64,000 nt of DNA from contig BCKZ01000012.1 of NCBI GenBank assembly GCA_001600815.1, forward strand, positions 310,001 through 374,000. The letters are read 5' to 3'. Positions 35,891 to 47,267 of the stretch are shown in pieces (within the stretch, counting starts at the first letter, position 1; every line of letters starts with the position of its first letter). Made by a program: the position numbers and the translations under genes. The DNA comes from Alloascoidea hylecoeti (lineage: Eukaryota). The notes under the pieces are model-generated. The model searched no databases and had not been told where the DNA came from. It worked only from the letters and a program-made list of their open reading frames with translations.

Positions 35891-37006
35891 TCAATTATCC
35901 TTTTTGAGTACTTTCTCTTGCCTTAACCCCGATTCAAATCGTATCCCAAGTCCAATATTGGCAGAATTATTCTTATGATCCAGTTCTCCACAAAACAAAA
36001 AGCGTCCTGTCCCAGAGACTTTTGTCTCAAAAAATACACCAACTTTACCTTTTGAATCTATTTGTGTCTTTAACAAGGATTGTCGAAAGTCATACCTTGC
36101 AGCGATGCTTGTTTTTCCTTTTGAAATTATATCATAATAAATAGGTTGTCCTTCAACTAGACCTGGACCTTCTGCAACAACTGTTTTAATCTCACCAGCC
36201 AAATTTGTTTCTACTCCCGCGCCAAAATTTTCCGACACTTTTTTCCAGAAAGTCATTGTCATTTCCCCATGATCTCTAATTTGTGTAGTAGCAACCCAAT
36301 TGTCTTTGGTATATCTACTAATATATGTACATGTCGTACATGTTTTATGTGAGTTGTAAATTGAGGAATTTAATAGGGACTCCGTGGTCAACTCTGAAGG
36401 TGACAGTGAATTTATTGTCGTAATTGTTTCCAGACCAACTGACCATCTTGAAGTTAACAACTGAAAGTATGACCCCGATATGGCACCTGTAATCGCATTA
36501 TTTATCCATTGAATATTTAGTAACTTTATATTCAAAGAAACGTGAGATCTATTAATTTCATGCTGGAATAGCCATAATAACTGTTGGTTTTGTGAAAGGT
36601 TCACTTTTAGCTTACTGGAATTATACTTATTCCCACAGCTGATAAATCCAGTATATTTTAATTCTTTAAAAGTAGAAATATTTCCATGTAATTGAATTTT
36701 ATCATTCGAATAAGAGGTATGAAATATATAAGGTAAACTATAGCTAGATGGATATTTTGAGTCAATTGAAAAACAATGTGTGGTTTGAAATATGGGATTT
36801 AACCCGAAAACATGAGTTAATTCAGCTCTAAGTCCAGTAAATAAGTTGTGATCTATGAAGAGATGTTGCGAAACATTATTTATGTGATCTAATGAGCCCA
36901 ATGTTAGCTGTTTTATTCTTATATTGCCAATTGAATGCAATTGATTGTTATGATCTATATCGGTTAGAAGATTTATCCCAGACTGTTGTTTTCTGGAGAA
37001 ATTCAT
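35891..37006 (-). CDS. TOM40: Divergent Tom40-like outer-membrane beta-barrel
   Basis: LFTGLRAELTHVFGLNPIFQTTHCFSI, FWKKVSENFGAGVET, ARYDFRQSLLKTQIDSKGKVGVF and LFCGELDH…IGLGIRFE align in order with Tom40 motifs, with many substitutions. Confidence 0.8.
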   Translation of the reverse strand: MNFSRKQQSGINLLTDIDHNNQLHSIGNIRIKQLTLGSLDHINNVSQHLFIDHNLFTGLRAELTHVFGLNPIFQTTHCFSIDSKYPSSYSLPYIFHTSYSNDKIQLHGNISTFKELKYTGFISCGNKYNSSKLKVNLSQNQQLLWLFQHEINRSHVSLNIKLLNIQWINNAITGAISGSYFQLLTSRWSVGLETITTINSLSPSELTTESLLNSSIYNSHKTCTTCTYISRYTKDNWVATTQIRDHGEMTMTFWKKVSENFGAGVETNLAGEIKTVVAEGPGLVEGQPIYYDIISKGKTSIAARYDFRQSLLKTQIDSKGKVGVFFETKVSGTGRFLFCGELDHKNNSANIGLGIRFESGLRQEKVLKKDN

Positions 37007-37329
37007 AATTGTAGAAGGTTGCTAACTTGCTTTATCATCTAAAAATATTAAGTTGTATGCACAACACCACTGTAATACTTAGTTGGGAAAATCTAAACTA
37101 TGTCATAGGACCTCCGAAAACAAAACCAATTTTTTAAATATATACCATAACAACTCACTGGATTTCCACTTTGTGAGATTTCACGTAATTGTGATTCTAA
37201 GAAATTACTACTGACTTAGCTAATTGAGGTATGTAGTATCAATAAACATGACCTCTCAATTATTGAAATAGGTATATTGCACCTTTAACTGTGTAGTTCA
37301 CTGCAAATAAATAGGTCAACGACCTTTCT

Positions 37330-37660
37330 GACATGAAGTCTGGATCTCTAAGATTATTATTATGGACTAAAATTTGGAAAGGAAGTAGTAATCCATTGTA
37401 TAGAGTGATTCAATGGGGATCCTAATAGCAGGAAAATAGGAGCCACCGTTCATACATAGAATTTTTGTAAGAGGCATTTGATTAGATTGATGAGGGTGCC
37501 ATATTCAAGCTGGATAGGGCATCTATCTATAAAGCTAAAATCACAATGAATTGGTTTCGTGAGAAGAAGATAGGCCGTCGGAGTGACCACCTTCTCCAGA
37601 CCTGAATCTAATTGAGGGCATTTGGAATATTCTCATAAAAGTTCATGGCAGGAATTACGA
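37330..37660 (+). mobile_element. Tc1/mariner DDE transposase relic
   Basis: 37501 onward: IFKLDRASIYKAKITMNWF…E*PP-SPDLNLIEGIWNILIK, a decayed FQQDNAPxH…WPPxSPDLNPIExxW motif. Confidence 0.8.
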
Positions 37661-38186
37661 ATATGATTCCATTATATTGTAAAGGTGAAGAAATCCCTTT
37701 CAAAATTAGTTAGCCGATTCTCTTCATCCACTAATGTAGATTGCCCACTATTTATTCGACCTTCGAAAGTTAAACGGGTTAACCCGGCCTCGCTTGCACC
37801 TGTCAGATTGAGGTATTATGATCAAGAAGGTTTATTGCCATGACTTTTCGTATCCTCACTTCCTTGTCTCTTGATATAAAAGCTCTGGGGGATCTTTCAA
37901 AACCATCGTTGGTGGTTGTAGAGTATATAATGAAAAAAAAACTACCGGTTCTATGCTTTTCAGAAGGGTTGACAAGATCCCTGTTCCTGCTCAGATCGTT
38001 GGTTCTTATCGTTATTTCTCCTCTTTCCACATGTTTACATAATATAAATAGACTTAAATATCCCTTAATAATAGATTCATTTAATTCATAACAACTCCCA
38101 ATTTAAACTCACCTCTTTACTAAAGTCGGTTAAGCCAACTAAGTTTCATTCATTTGATAAAACAAAAATTATAATTAAAGAATAAG

Positions 38187-38963
38187 ATGAGTGTCTCAAC
38201 ACGTATTTCTATTCAATGGCTCCCAGAAAATGCTTCAGAGCCAACAGAAACTTTTGTAGTCTCTTCCCGGGGTGGTCATTTCGTGGATATTCGGAATCTT
38301 CGAGATACTTTAGGACAACAATATGCTAATTTCCATTATGATTGGGCTATTAGTGGGCACGATGAGGTTCTAGGCATAGATCCAACTACCAAATTATTGA
38401 GTATCAAATTTCATCATGAATTGGATTCGAAGTATATTGTTGCGAAATCTCAATCTTTGAATGATCCGAGCATTACGGACGACAAGTTAGAACAGTTAAC
38501 AGCACCAGACGTCGGTCACTTCAAGACTCTAGAGAATGGCGATAGACATGAATCTGGAGAGATGATGAATGCTGATACTGGGAAGATTACTCCATATATT
38601 GAAATTTGGAGATCTTTGGATGCTTTGACATCAACACCTAAGAATCTCATCAGGGAGACGGAAGATAATCTGCCCAAAGCCAAATCGATTGTTTTTGTTC
38701 CAGTAGATGAATCAAGACATAAAGGTAAACTGGTAAGATTCGGGAACTGGATACAGGCCCTAATCACAGATGAGTCAAAAGGAGTACAACCAGACAATAT
38801 CAATCTCACTGTTCTACGAGCAGTGTTGAATGAGGGAAATCACTGGGTGACATATAATAGCTTTGGAGATCATTTGGACCAATTTCCTTTGAATTTCGAA
38901 GGAGCAGAAGGGGAAACATTTACTTTTGGTGGAGTTGAATGGAAAGTTATTGAAAATTCATAA
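38187..38963 (+). CDS. HRI1: Hri1 family protein
   Basis: STRISIQWLPENASEPT…GHFVDIR…DWAISG…E.G.M.N..TG.ITPYIEIWRSLD…R.GNWIQ. Confidence 0.85.
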   Translation: MSVSTRISIQWLPENASEPTETFVVSSRGGHFVDIRNLRDTLGQQYANFHYDWAISGHDEVLGIDPTTKLLSIKFHHELDSKYIVAKSQSLNDPSITDDKLEQLTAPDVGHFKTLENGDRHESGEMMNADTGKITPYIEIWRSLDALTSTPKNLIRETEDNLPKAKSIVFVPVDESRHKGKLVRFGNWIQALITDESKGVQPDNINLTVLRAVLNEGNHWVTYNSFGDHLDQFPLNFEGAEGETFTFGGVEWKVIENS

Positions 38964-39281
38964 CATTCATGGTACAATTATTTTTCTAGTTATAAACATA
39001 GACTATATCTGTAAGTATATCTAATAATAAGAAGAATAAGGAAATGCGTTAAGTTTGTATACTATGTGTATAGTTAAACAAACAAAACTGCTAATAAAAA
39101 ACACACACACATGTCTATTTATCCTTTAGCTGGTTAAACCATTTTAATGTTACCCGGATTGTCAGCCATTATCCGATGCAGCACGTGATATATATTACTG
39201 CATGCAATTGAAATTGTCTTACAATTTGATTTGATCACCTCCAAATTTAAACCTATCTTATAATTATAGCCTAGTTTCGAA

Positions 39282-39963
39282 ATGAATGGAACAGATACTA
39301 TGTATGTTATTGCTTTTACATGGAATATAAAGTGTAGCTGAGCTAACATTTTCCCTCTATAAATCAGTATATTTCTATTCGCAGTATTGGGAAACTTCTT
39401 TAATTTGTTTGCCAATGTATTTTTCATAGTGAACTACACTGATCTGGGTATGTGATAATTGATAGCGATGAAATCCTATTTAACTAACATGAACAAAATC
39501 TAGAAACTGGTAAGCTCGGCGATGGTGATTTAACATTTTACTTAACCCGCTAAATATTTAACTAATCAAAACTAGATTACACAAATCCCATCGACATGTG
39601 TAACACCATCAATAGAGTATGTATGCTTTTTATAATAGCTGTGATTTTGGTTTCCCTGAAACTCAGAGTACTGACATTACATATAACTAGCTTATCCTTC
39701 CCGATATAATCGTTCAAGCCTTTATCTCTGTTATGCTCCTTCTCAATGCTCACTACTACAGATTCTTATTAGGGTTGCCTTTGGTCTTATGGAATGCTTA
39801 CTCTATAATACAAGACAGACATTTATTAGACCCAACAAATATTTTTCGAACATTAAGGTCACATAAGATTGAAAGTATGGCTAAACTTATTTATCATTTC
39901 GTTTTATTTTTTGCTTATCTTTATGGATTAGTTAGCGCACTTGTCGAAGGTCTCGGAGAATAA
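39282..39963 (+). CDS. ERV14: Cornichon-family ER cargo receptor (Erv14/Erv15-like), 5 exons including a 6-nt microexon
   Basis: Spliced product MNGTDTIIFLFAVLGNFFNLFANVFFIVNYTDLETDYTNPIDMCNTINRLILPD…LLDPTNIFRTLRSHKIESMAKLIYH; all introns GT-AG. Confidence 0.85.
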
Positions 39964-40296
39964 GAATTTTTCATGCATACATAAATATATGATTTTATAT
40001 TAAACTATTGAAAAATGAAAGATTTGAAATTATAAGTGTCACTATTGTAATGTAAAACTTTTTTTGAGATTTTAATTGATATTTATCAAAAGCATGAATT
40101 GGTTTACTATAGATTAGATATTCCTATAAATTTAAAATTACTTTACGATTTAGAAGGGGATTTTCCATTCCTTAATTACGTTTCTTTTTTCTTTCTTGCA
40201 ATTTCTATAAGTACATGCTTTTGTTAAATATTATACAGATAAATATCTTTTATGCTCCATTCTTCCTCTTTTCTCTTCGGAAGTTTTCTGCTTCAA

Positions 40297-42582
40297 CTAA
40301 AATGCTCCATTTGGAATTTCTAACTCTGATAACAACTTCACTAACTTTGCAGGATCGAATATTGATCCTGGCATACTTTCCGCTGAGGGTAATAGTCTTA
40401 GTAAATCGTAAATTTCATCATTGACAAAGGGTTCCGACAATTGGGTCTCATTAAAATCTTGTGAAAATTGTAGGTCGGTATTATTCTCCTTAAATCGTTT
40501 TGACGGTGGCTGCTCGGGATTTTCAGAGTCCTCAATTACATTCCCATTAGTCTTCAATTCACCATGACCAATATACTTATAACCCAGGTCATAATTATAG
40601 ATCAGATTAACATTAAATTTTGTATACCTAATTGTAAACAAGCTTAATTCAATATTCTCAATGTTTGTAAAATAGGGCTCAACAGTATCTTTTGACAATA
40701 TTGCTTTTGGTCCTAATAAACTGTCTTCTGTAAATAATTTCATATACCTTTCTTGTAACTTTAAAACTGCACCTAAATCTCCGTAATTTGCTTCATAATC
40801 AATGAATTGTTCATAAAGAGGTTTAGCATCTTGTGGACTTAATTTACTAACAGTTTTTTCAAACAATGCTCTAGCATTTGTATCATCACCAATTAAAATT
40901 AAAAATTTCATATATTCCTGAATATATTCAGTATTTTCCGAAAATCGTCTCATTCCAAAGTCAAATACTTTAAAGGAAACATGAGATTTATTATCCGTAT
41001 GATACTCCATTAATGCCGATTGAACATATATATGATATGTAATAAATTCATTTTTTCGAGCTTCTCCAAAAATTTTACGAGCAGCATCCAACCCTTCCGA
41101 TCTTTTAATCGCACGCATATAAAAAACATAAACAAGTGTTATATTAACGCTTAATTCCTTTCGATATTCTGTTTCGGTTTTCTCAGCTTCATCTGCTAGT
41201 TCCAATGCCGCAAGTTTCTTTTTTAATTGTGTGATCAGAGAACTATAAGCTGTCCTAACAGCCTCAGTATTTCCTTGCTGTTCGTATACTTCCGCAACAT
41301 AAAATGTCAGAGCATATGATGTTGGATTAGCCGCGATACCATCTGTAATGAATTTCATACCTAACTCCTTATTTTCTATTGAGAAAGTATATTGTGTAGC
41401 ATCATACCACATTTCAGGTACAAACCGGTTGCTACTTAAAGCCTGTTGATATGCATATATAACTCTCTTTTGTACTTCTTTTGGATCATTTAACTCCAAA
41501 GGATTGGTTAACTCCCATTTTATCCATTTTTTCCATGCTTTTTGTGACTGTATCTCTGAGGATGTCCAAGAAGGTAATCTTGGAGATTTGTGTCTATTAA
41601 ATTGTTTGAATAAATTTGTAAGCTCTTTGAAACCAGAACGAGCAGCCATATATGCAGCTGATTTTTCACTTATAAATTTTCTAGCAGTTGATTTATTAAT
41701 GTTATTTTCAAATAAGTTATAACCCTGCCACAACAGTTCTAGATTATTTAGAGGAATACACACAGCACTTCGATACGTTTTCCTTAATAAATCCATCTTT
41801 TGTTGATCTTCCCAACCAGAGATCGGTTTCCAAGATCTAATAAATTCAATATAGTCTCCCCAAATTAAGCCGCTTTCTTCATCAATACCAATTCGATCAA
41901 TAGCAAATTCAAAAGCTCTAGTAATAATACCTCTCGCCTTTTCTCCACCAGTTGTTATATTATTCACACGACGGACATAACCAATATAATGTTGCCATAG
42001 TTTCACGTCATAAACAACTAAAAGACATTTTGCAAATAATTGTTCGACTTTTTGAAATTCATTTTGTGATAATTCATATTCAATATATCCAATCCATTGA
42101 TCTGAGTTAGTTGTGAAGATTTCTAAAAACTGATCATAAACACTTTGTATTTCTTCTTGTTTATCTTTTTCACGGACCACTGTAATTAAGTGTAACCAGG
42201 TATCTAGGTCATATTTATCTATTGATAATTTATCCTCAAGCTGTCCAATTAAATCCTTAGGTAATCTTTTTCTCTTTGTAGGTTTCTTTACATTTTTAGA
42301 AGTTGTGGCAGTTGGATCTACAGTTATCTTGTTACTTAGTGCATCCCTAGATTGATCTAAAGCAGAAACAGCTGGAGATCCACTTTTCAAGAAAGAGGGT
42401 GTATTCCCACCATCATCACTCACAATAGCATCCAAATGAGATTTTGTATGTTCTTTTTGTGGCGGAATACCTGATTCTGTTGGATTATAATCATCATCAG
42501 TATCATCCTGTGAAATGCTCAAATCTTCTATCACGGTAGCTCGTGTGTCTACCTGTGTGCTCACCTTTGTGGAATCCGACAT
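40297..42582 (-). CDS. RNA14: mRNA 3'-end processing factor Rna14 (HAT repeats)
   Basis: WEDQQKMDLLRKTYRSAVCIPLNNLELLWQGY, WIKWELTNPL, YMRAIKRSEGLDAARKIF, YVQSALMEYH. Confidence 0.93.
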   Translation of the reverse strand: MSDSTKVSTQVDTRATVIEDLSISQDDTDDDYNPTESGIPPQKEHTKSHLDAIVSDDGGNTPSFLKSGSPAVSALDQSRDALSNKITVDPTATTSKNVKKPTKRKRLPKDLIGQLEDKLSIDKYDLDTWLHLITVVREKDKQEEIQSVYDQFLEIFTTNSDQWIGYIEYELSQNEFQKVEQLFAKCLLVVYDVKLWQHYIGYVRRVNNITTGGEKARGIITRAFEFAIDRIGIDEESGLIWGDYIEFIRSWKPISGWEDQQKMDLLRKTYRSAVCIPLNNLELLWQGYNLFENNINKSTARKFISEKSAAYMAARSGFKELTNLFKQFNRHKSPRLPSWTSSEIQSQKAWKKWIKWELTNPLELNDPKEVQKRVIYAYQQALSSNRFVPEMWYDATQYTFSIENKELGMKFITDGIAANPTSYALTFYVAEVYEQQGNTEAVRTAYSSLITQLKKKLAALELADEAEKTETEYRKELSVNITLVYVFYMRAIKRSEGLDAARKIFGEARKNEFITYHIYVQSALMEYHTDNKSHVSFKVFDFGMRRFSENTEYIQEYMKFLILIGDDTNARALFEKTVSKLSPQDAKPLYEQFIDYEANYGDLGAVLKLQERYMKLFTEDSLLGPKAILSKDTVEPYFTNIENIELSLFTIRYTKFNVNLIYNYDLGYKYIGHGELKTNGNVIEDSENPEQPPSKRFKENNTDLQFSQDFNETQLSEPFVNDEIYDLLRLLPSAESMPGSIFDPAKLVKLLSELEIPNGAF

Positions 42583-42729
42583 TTGGTATTAAAGATGAAG
42601 AGAGAACCTTGTTGTAATAAATATTCATCTCATGCTGATATTTACCCGGTAGGAAATGTACACATTAGAGCGGTGATGTTTTATTCTTCAAAACTCTTAT
42701 TTAAAGTAGTTATTTATAATATTAAGGCT

Positions 42730-43727
42730 ATGGTTTTGGAATTACATGTTTGGGGATCAAAAACCCAAATTTCCTCTTTTGATGCTGAGTCAATTGCATC
42801 TGCTAAATATTTGTCATTGATGTGTGAACCATATGGATATATCGTGATTCCAAGTTCTAATACTGATATATCACCAACGGGTAAACTTCCTGCACTAAGG
42901 GATGGAGAAGTTGTTATTGGTGGTTACTATAATATTGTGAAATATCTTAAAGAGACAGGAAAGGATCTTGACTCATGGATGACACCAAAACAAAGATCTC
43001 AAAATACAGCGTACGTGAGTTTGTCATTTTTAACTAACAATTTCAAATATTTTACACGATATGTATGCTAATCACATATATCCTTAGGTTATTATTCTTT
43101 ATTCAAGAGAATATATCAGCTCTGACATTATATACATTGTTCTTAAACCGGCAAAATTATGAAGGGTTCTCCAGAGGTCACTTTATTCAGTTCTTACCTT
43201 TTCCAATGCAATATAATGCCCCTTTAGAACAACGATCGTATGCTAAGTCGCAATGCTCAAAAATCGGATTGGCAATCGAGTCAAAAAAGACAGTAACTTA
43301 CGACATTACAAAAGACCTTCCAGCTCTCACAAAACTACATGCAACACAACAACAAAAACGTATCACAGAGGTTATGGAGCAACGGGGGTCGAAAACAACC
43401 ATCAAATGTATGAACTACGCGATAGAATTCTACCAAACAGTGCTGGACTTAAAGAAATCCTCCGGTGCAAAATTCTGTTTTGGGAATGAGTTGTCGAGTA
43501 GCGACCTACTATTGGAATCACATTTTCTAGCACAGACTGACGATCGTTTACCAGACCAATTTCTAAAGCCGTTTTTAAAGACGAATCTTCCTTCACTANT
43601 CGAATTGTGTGAACATATTGAGAGTATTACATGTCTTGATTATCTGGGAACTGGAGATGTCGAGCCAGCTGATATTCCAAGTCTGTGGAACTCGATTGGT
43701 AGTAGATTAAATTGGCTGATGACGTGA
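42730..43727 (+). CDS. SAM37: Metaxin-like SAM complex subunit (Sam37/Tom37), 2 exons
   Basis: MVLELHVWG…SSFDAESIAS…SSNTDISPTGKLPAL; intron 43011-43087 (GTACGT…GCTAAT…TAG); GST-like C-terminus LSSSDLLL. Confidence 0.82.
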
Positions 43728-43877
43728 AGAGATCTGGAGTATTGGTGCTGAAGTTTACTCATGACCTGATTTACCCTGATCTTTGTTAGTATGTATCAAT
43801 ATGTAAATACCAAATTATATACTAGCCTAGTACTAATTATCTATATTTGTGTTTATGACTTCTGGCTTCTGGCAATA

Positions 43878-46078
43878 ATGTCCGGAAATAATGAATATAA
43901 ACTGTTTGTCAAGGTATGTTCTCAACTTTCTTACTGTTATGTCCCAACTTCTTGAGCTTTCCCCAAATTAACTACATCTTCCAGGCGCGAGCAAAAGAAC
44001 TTCAAGCTGAACTACACCAAGCAGAAAAGAAAGATAAAAATGGTACCAAGAAGAAGGTGGTGTTAAGGAAAATCCTTGCAAATATAACTATGAGCAATAA
44101 TGAAATGATTCTTTTATTCCCGGAAGTCCTAAGGCTGATGAATACGTCCGATCTCGAGATGAAAAAGCTGTGTTTCTTCTTCCTGACCACTTATGGGCAC
44201 ACTAAACCAGAAACGGCACTGAAGGCTCTACCTATCATCACTCCAGACTTACATCATAACTCGCCGTTATTCAGAGCACTGGCCATCAAGACAATATCTT
44301 CTGTGGCCGTCACTGAATACGTCGAGGCCCTTATAGACCCTATTCGATCCTTACTTCAAGATGAAGACCCATATGTTCGTAAAACGGCATGTTTTGGTAT
44401 CGCCCGGTTGTATGAGTATGATTCAGCCCTAATACAAAAGAAAGGCCTTGTAAATGATCTGAATGGTCTTCTAAAAGATCAAAATCCGACCGTTGTATCT
44501 TCTGCTCTCTCCGCATTAAATGATATAACTGAACGAACCCCCAACCTCAAACTATCTATCGACAAGAAGCATGCAAACACTCTCGTTGGCTTATTACCTC
44601 AGTGCAATGAATGGTTTCAGTCCTATGTTCTACAAGCTATAATGTCTTATGTACCACAAACTCAGGATGATGCTATTAATCTTATCGACAGAGTTCTACC
44701 GCGTTTGCAACATGCAAATACGGCCGTCGTACTGGGTGCTATTAGAGTTATCGTATATCTTTGCAATTATATTAAACACCCTGGTGATCAAATACCAACT
44801 CTTTCAAAGAGAATCGGAACTTCATTAGTCTCTTTAGTTTCAAAACCATCAGAAGTTCAATTTTTGGTTCTAAGAAATGTTATTTTGTTAATGTTATCAA
44901 AACCAGAATTGGTCACCGTCGATGTCAGAATGTTTTTTTGTAAATACGATGATCAAATTTATGTCAAAGATACAAAATTAGAAATCATCTATCTACTTGC
45001 AAATGAAAATAATTTACATGTTGTGTTGAAAGAACTTGAAGAATATGCTACTGAAGTTGATATTCAAATGGCAAGAAAGGCTGTTAGAGCTATCGGAAAG
45101 TTAGCCATTAAAGTTGAAACTGGTGCTCATTCATGTGTTGATGTTCTACTTCGTCTAGTATCCACGAACATCACTTATATAGTTCAGGAAACAACAGTTG
45201 TCATGAAAAATATCTTCAGGAGATATCCTGATCGTTATGAATCATTGATTCCAGTTTTATGTAAGCATTTTGATGATCTCGATGAACCAGAGGCAAAAGC
45301 TGCTTTTATTTGGATATTGGGACATTATGCAGACCAAATTCCAAATGCAGACGAATTACTCGAAGATTTATCATTAACATTCAAAGATGATCCATTGGAT
45401 GTGCAACTGGTTTTTTTAACAGCATGTTGCAAATTATTTTTGTTAAAACCCAAACAAGGTGAAACATTGGTACTAAAAGTATTAAAATGGGCTACTGATG
45501 AGACTGACAATCCAGATCTACGAGATAGAGGATTTTTTTATTGGAGATTACTTTCAGTACAGGATACCAAGAAAGGGTCAGCTAAAAAAATTATTTTAGG
45601 AGAACTACCAACTATATCTCCAGAGTCTGAAAAATTAGAGAGTGTGATTTTAGAAGAACTTGAATTAAATCTAGGAACTTTAGCTTCAATATATTTGAAG
45701 CCAGTGTCTCAAGTATTCAGATTAGCAAAACCTAAATTTCTACCAGATAGTCCAGCATTACAGAAAGAAGATGCAATTGTGAGGAAGCACGCGAAGTCTA
45801 TGCAATCTCTTCCACAACAAACAAGACCTACACCAACTAAAGATAATAGTATTAATAATATTCATGGAGAAGAAATGGATTTGTTATCAGACCAAGCGGG
45901 GAAACCTCTCTCTTCGCCTTCATCGAAAACTCCGGACAGTGCATCATTTAACACAGAATATAGAAATAGTAATACTCCTAATAGGAACAGTATTTTGCAA
46001 CGACGGGGGACGCAACAAACGTCTAAAAGTTTTTTGCATGCGACACCTTCAAATAATGGAAATTTACTAGACCTTTAA
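43878..46078 (+). CDS. APL1: Adaptor complex beta subunit (AP-2 beta type), 2 exons
   Basis: KKVVLRKILANITMSNNEMILLFP, DPYVRKTA, EEYATEVDIQMARKAVRAIGKLAIK, DNPDLRDRGFFYWRLLS; intron 43914-43984. Confidence 0.88.
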
Positions 46079-47267
46079 ATTTAATCAAGTAAAGACTATA
46101 AAAGTATTTTAGAAGTTAGTTACACTCTTACTATTTATTTTGTGTCTACATTCTATATTATTAGGGTGGTGCATTTTCAATTGTCATTAAGTTATATCTT
46201 ATAGTTATTAGTAATATATAGACTTGTTTTAAGATATAATACCGTATAAATAATTGCAGGTTATATTTCAGATGTAACTATTCCTACACCAACCCGTAAA
46301 TTACTTCAAATTTATTACTAGTACTACAATTGCAAGTCGAATGTTGTTGGTGGCCTTCTAATAAATATATTTTTGCTTCCTATAATTTACATTATTAATT
46401 ATAATGATTAAGCTTTAAATTTAAGAAGGAAATCCACCGTACACTGGAACATAATTGCATTTAATTTTCAATTAATGATTTAGTAGATTAAACAATATCT
46501 TGTTATAATGGCTGGTTGTCAGTTTCAAATTATTAGAAAACAACTAAAGGGAAAAAATATATTATGGAGAGAAATAGGTGGGAAATAAAAGACTTTCAAT
46601 GAAGACAATCAAAAGCTCTTGAAAAGACATAACAGGGTAATAATTTAAAGAACAAAATAACTAAAGGGAGTTACAATTTTATTAGTAAGGAATTTATCAG
46701 TTTTGAAAGCTCATCAATGCACATTTCTTTAAGAGTATATGGAACTAAAGAGACAGGCGCGTGTAGAGAGATGAAAAAGACAGAAAAACATTATAATTAT
46801 TACCCATAAACAATGAGAATAGTTGGTATATATAATTGATTATATACATTAAGCGAGTAAATACTTAATCATGGAAATAAAAACACCAGAAAGAATACAA
46901 CAGTTCAAGATATTCATCTGTAAAAAAACCAATAAAATAGAAAAAGATACTTAAAAATGGAATCGATAAAATAAAATCCATGAAAACCAAGCAAAACTTT
47001 TGAAAATTTCTTCCAAANATTTCTACTGTTTGGTGTTAATACTTTTTATTGGCATTTGCAAAGCATGGATATTTATAACATTTTAACAGATCTAGCATAA
47101 TAATAATAAAAGTGAAACCAAGAGAAGTGAAATGAAGTGAAGTGAAGTAAAGTAAAGTTAAATTGTCAATGCGAAAACATAATTTATCGCTAATNGTGGG
47201 TAATTTGAAAATTNCCATCGAGAATCCAACTTCAGCTTTATTTCAATATTAGATATTGAGGTAAAGA

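Noticed and set aside
11838..43727. Mitochondrial import cluster (PAM18, TOM40-like, SAM37)
   Set aside because: Dispersed over 32 kb among unrelated genes; chance is sufficient
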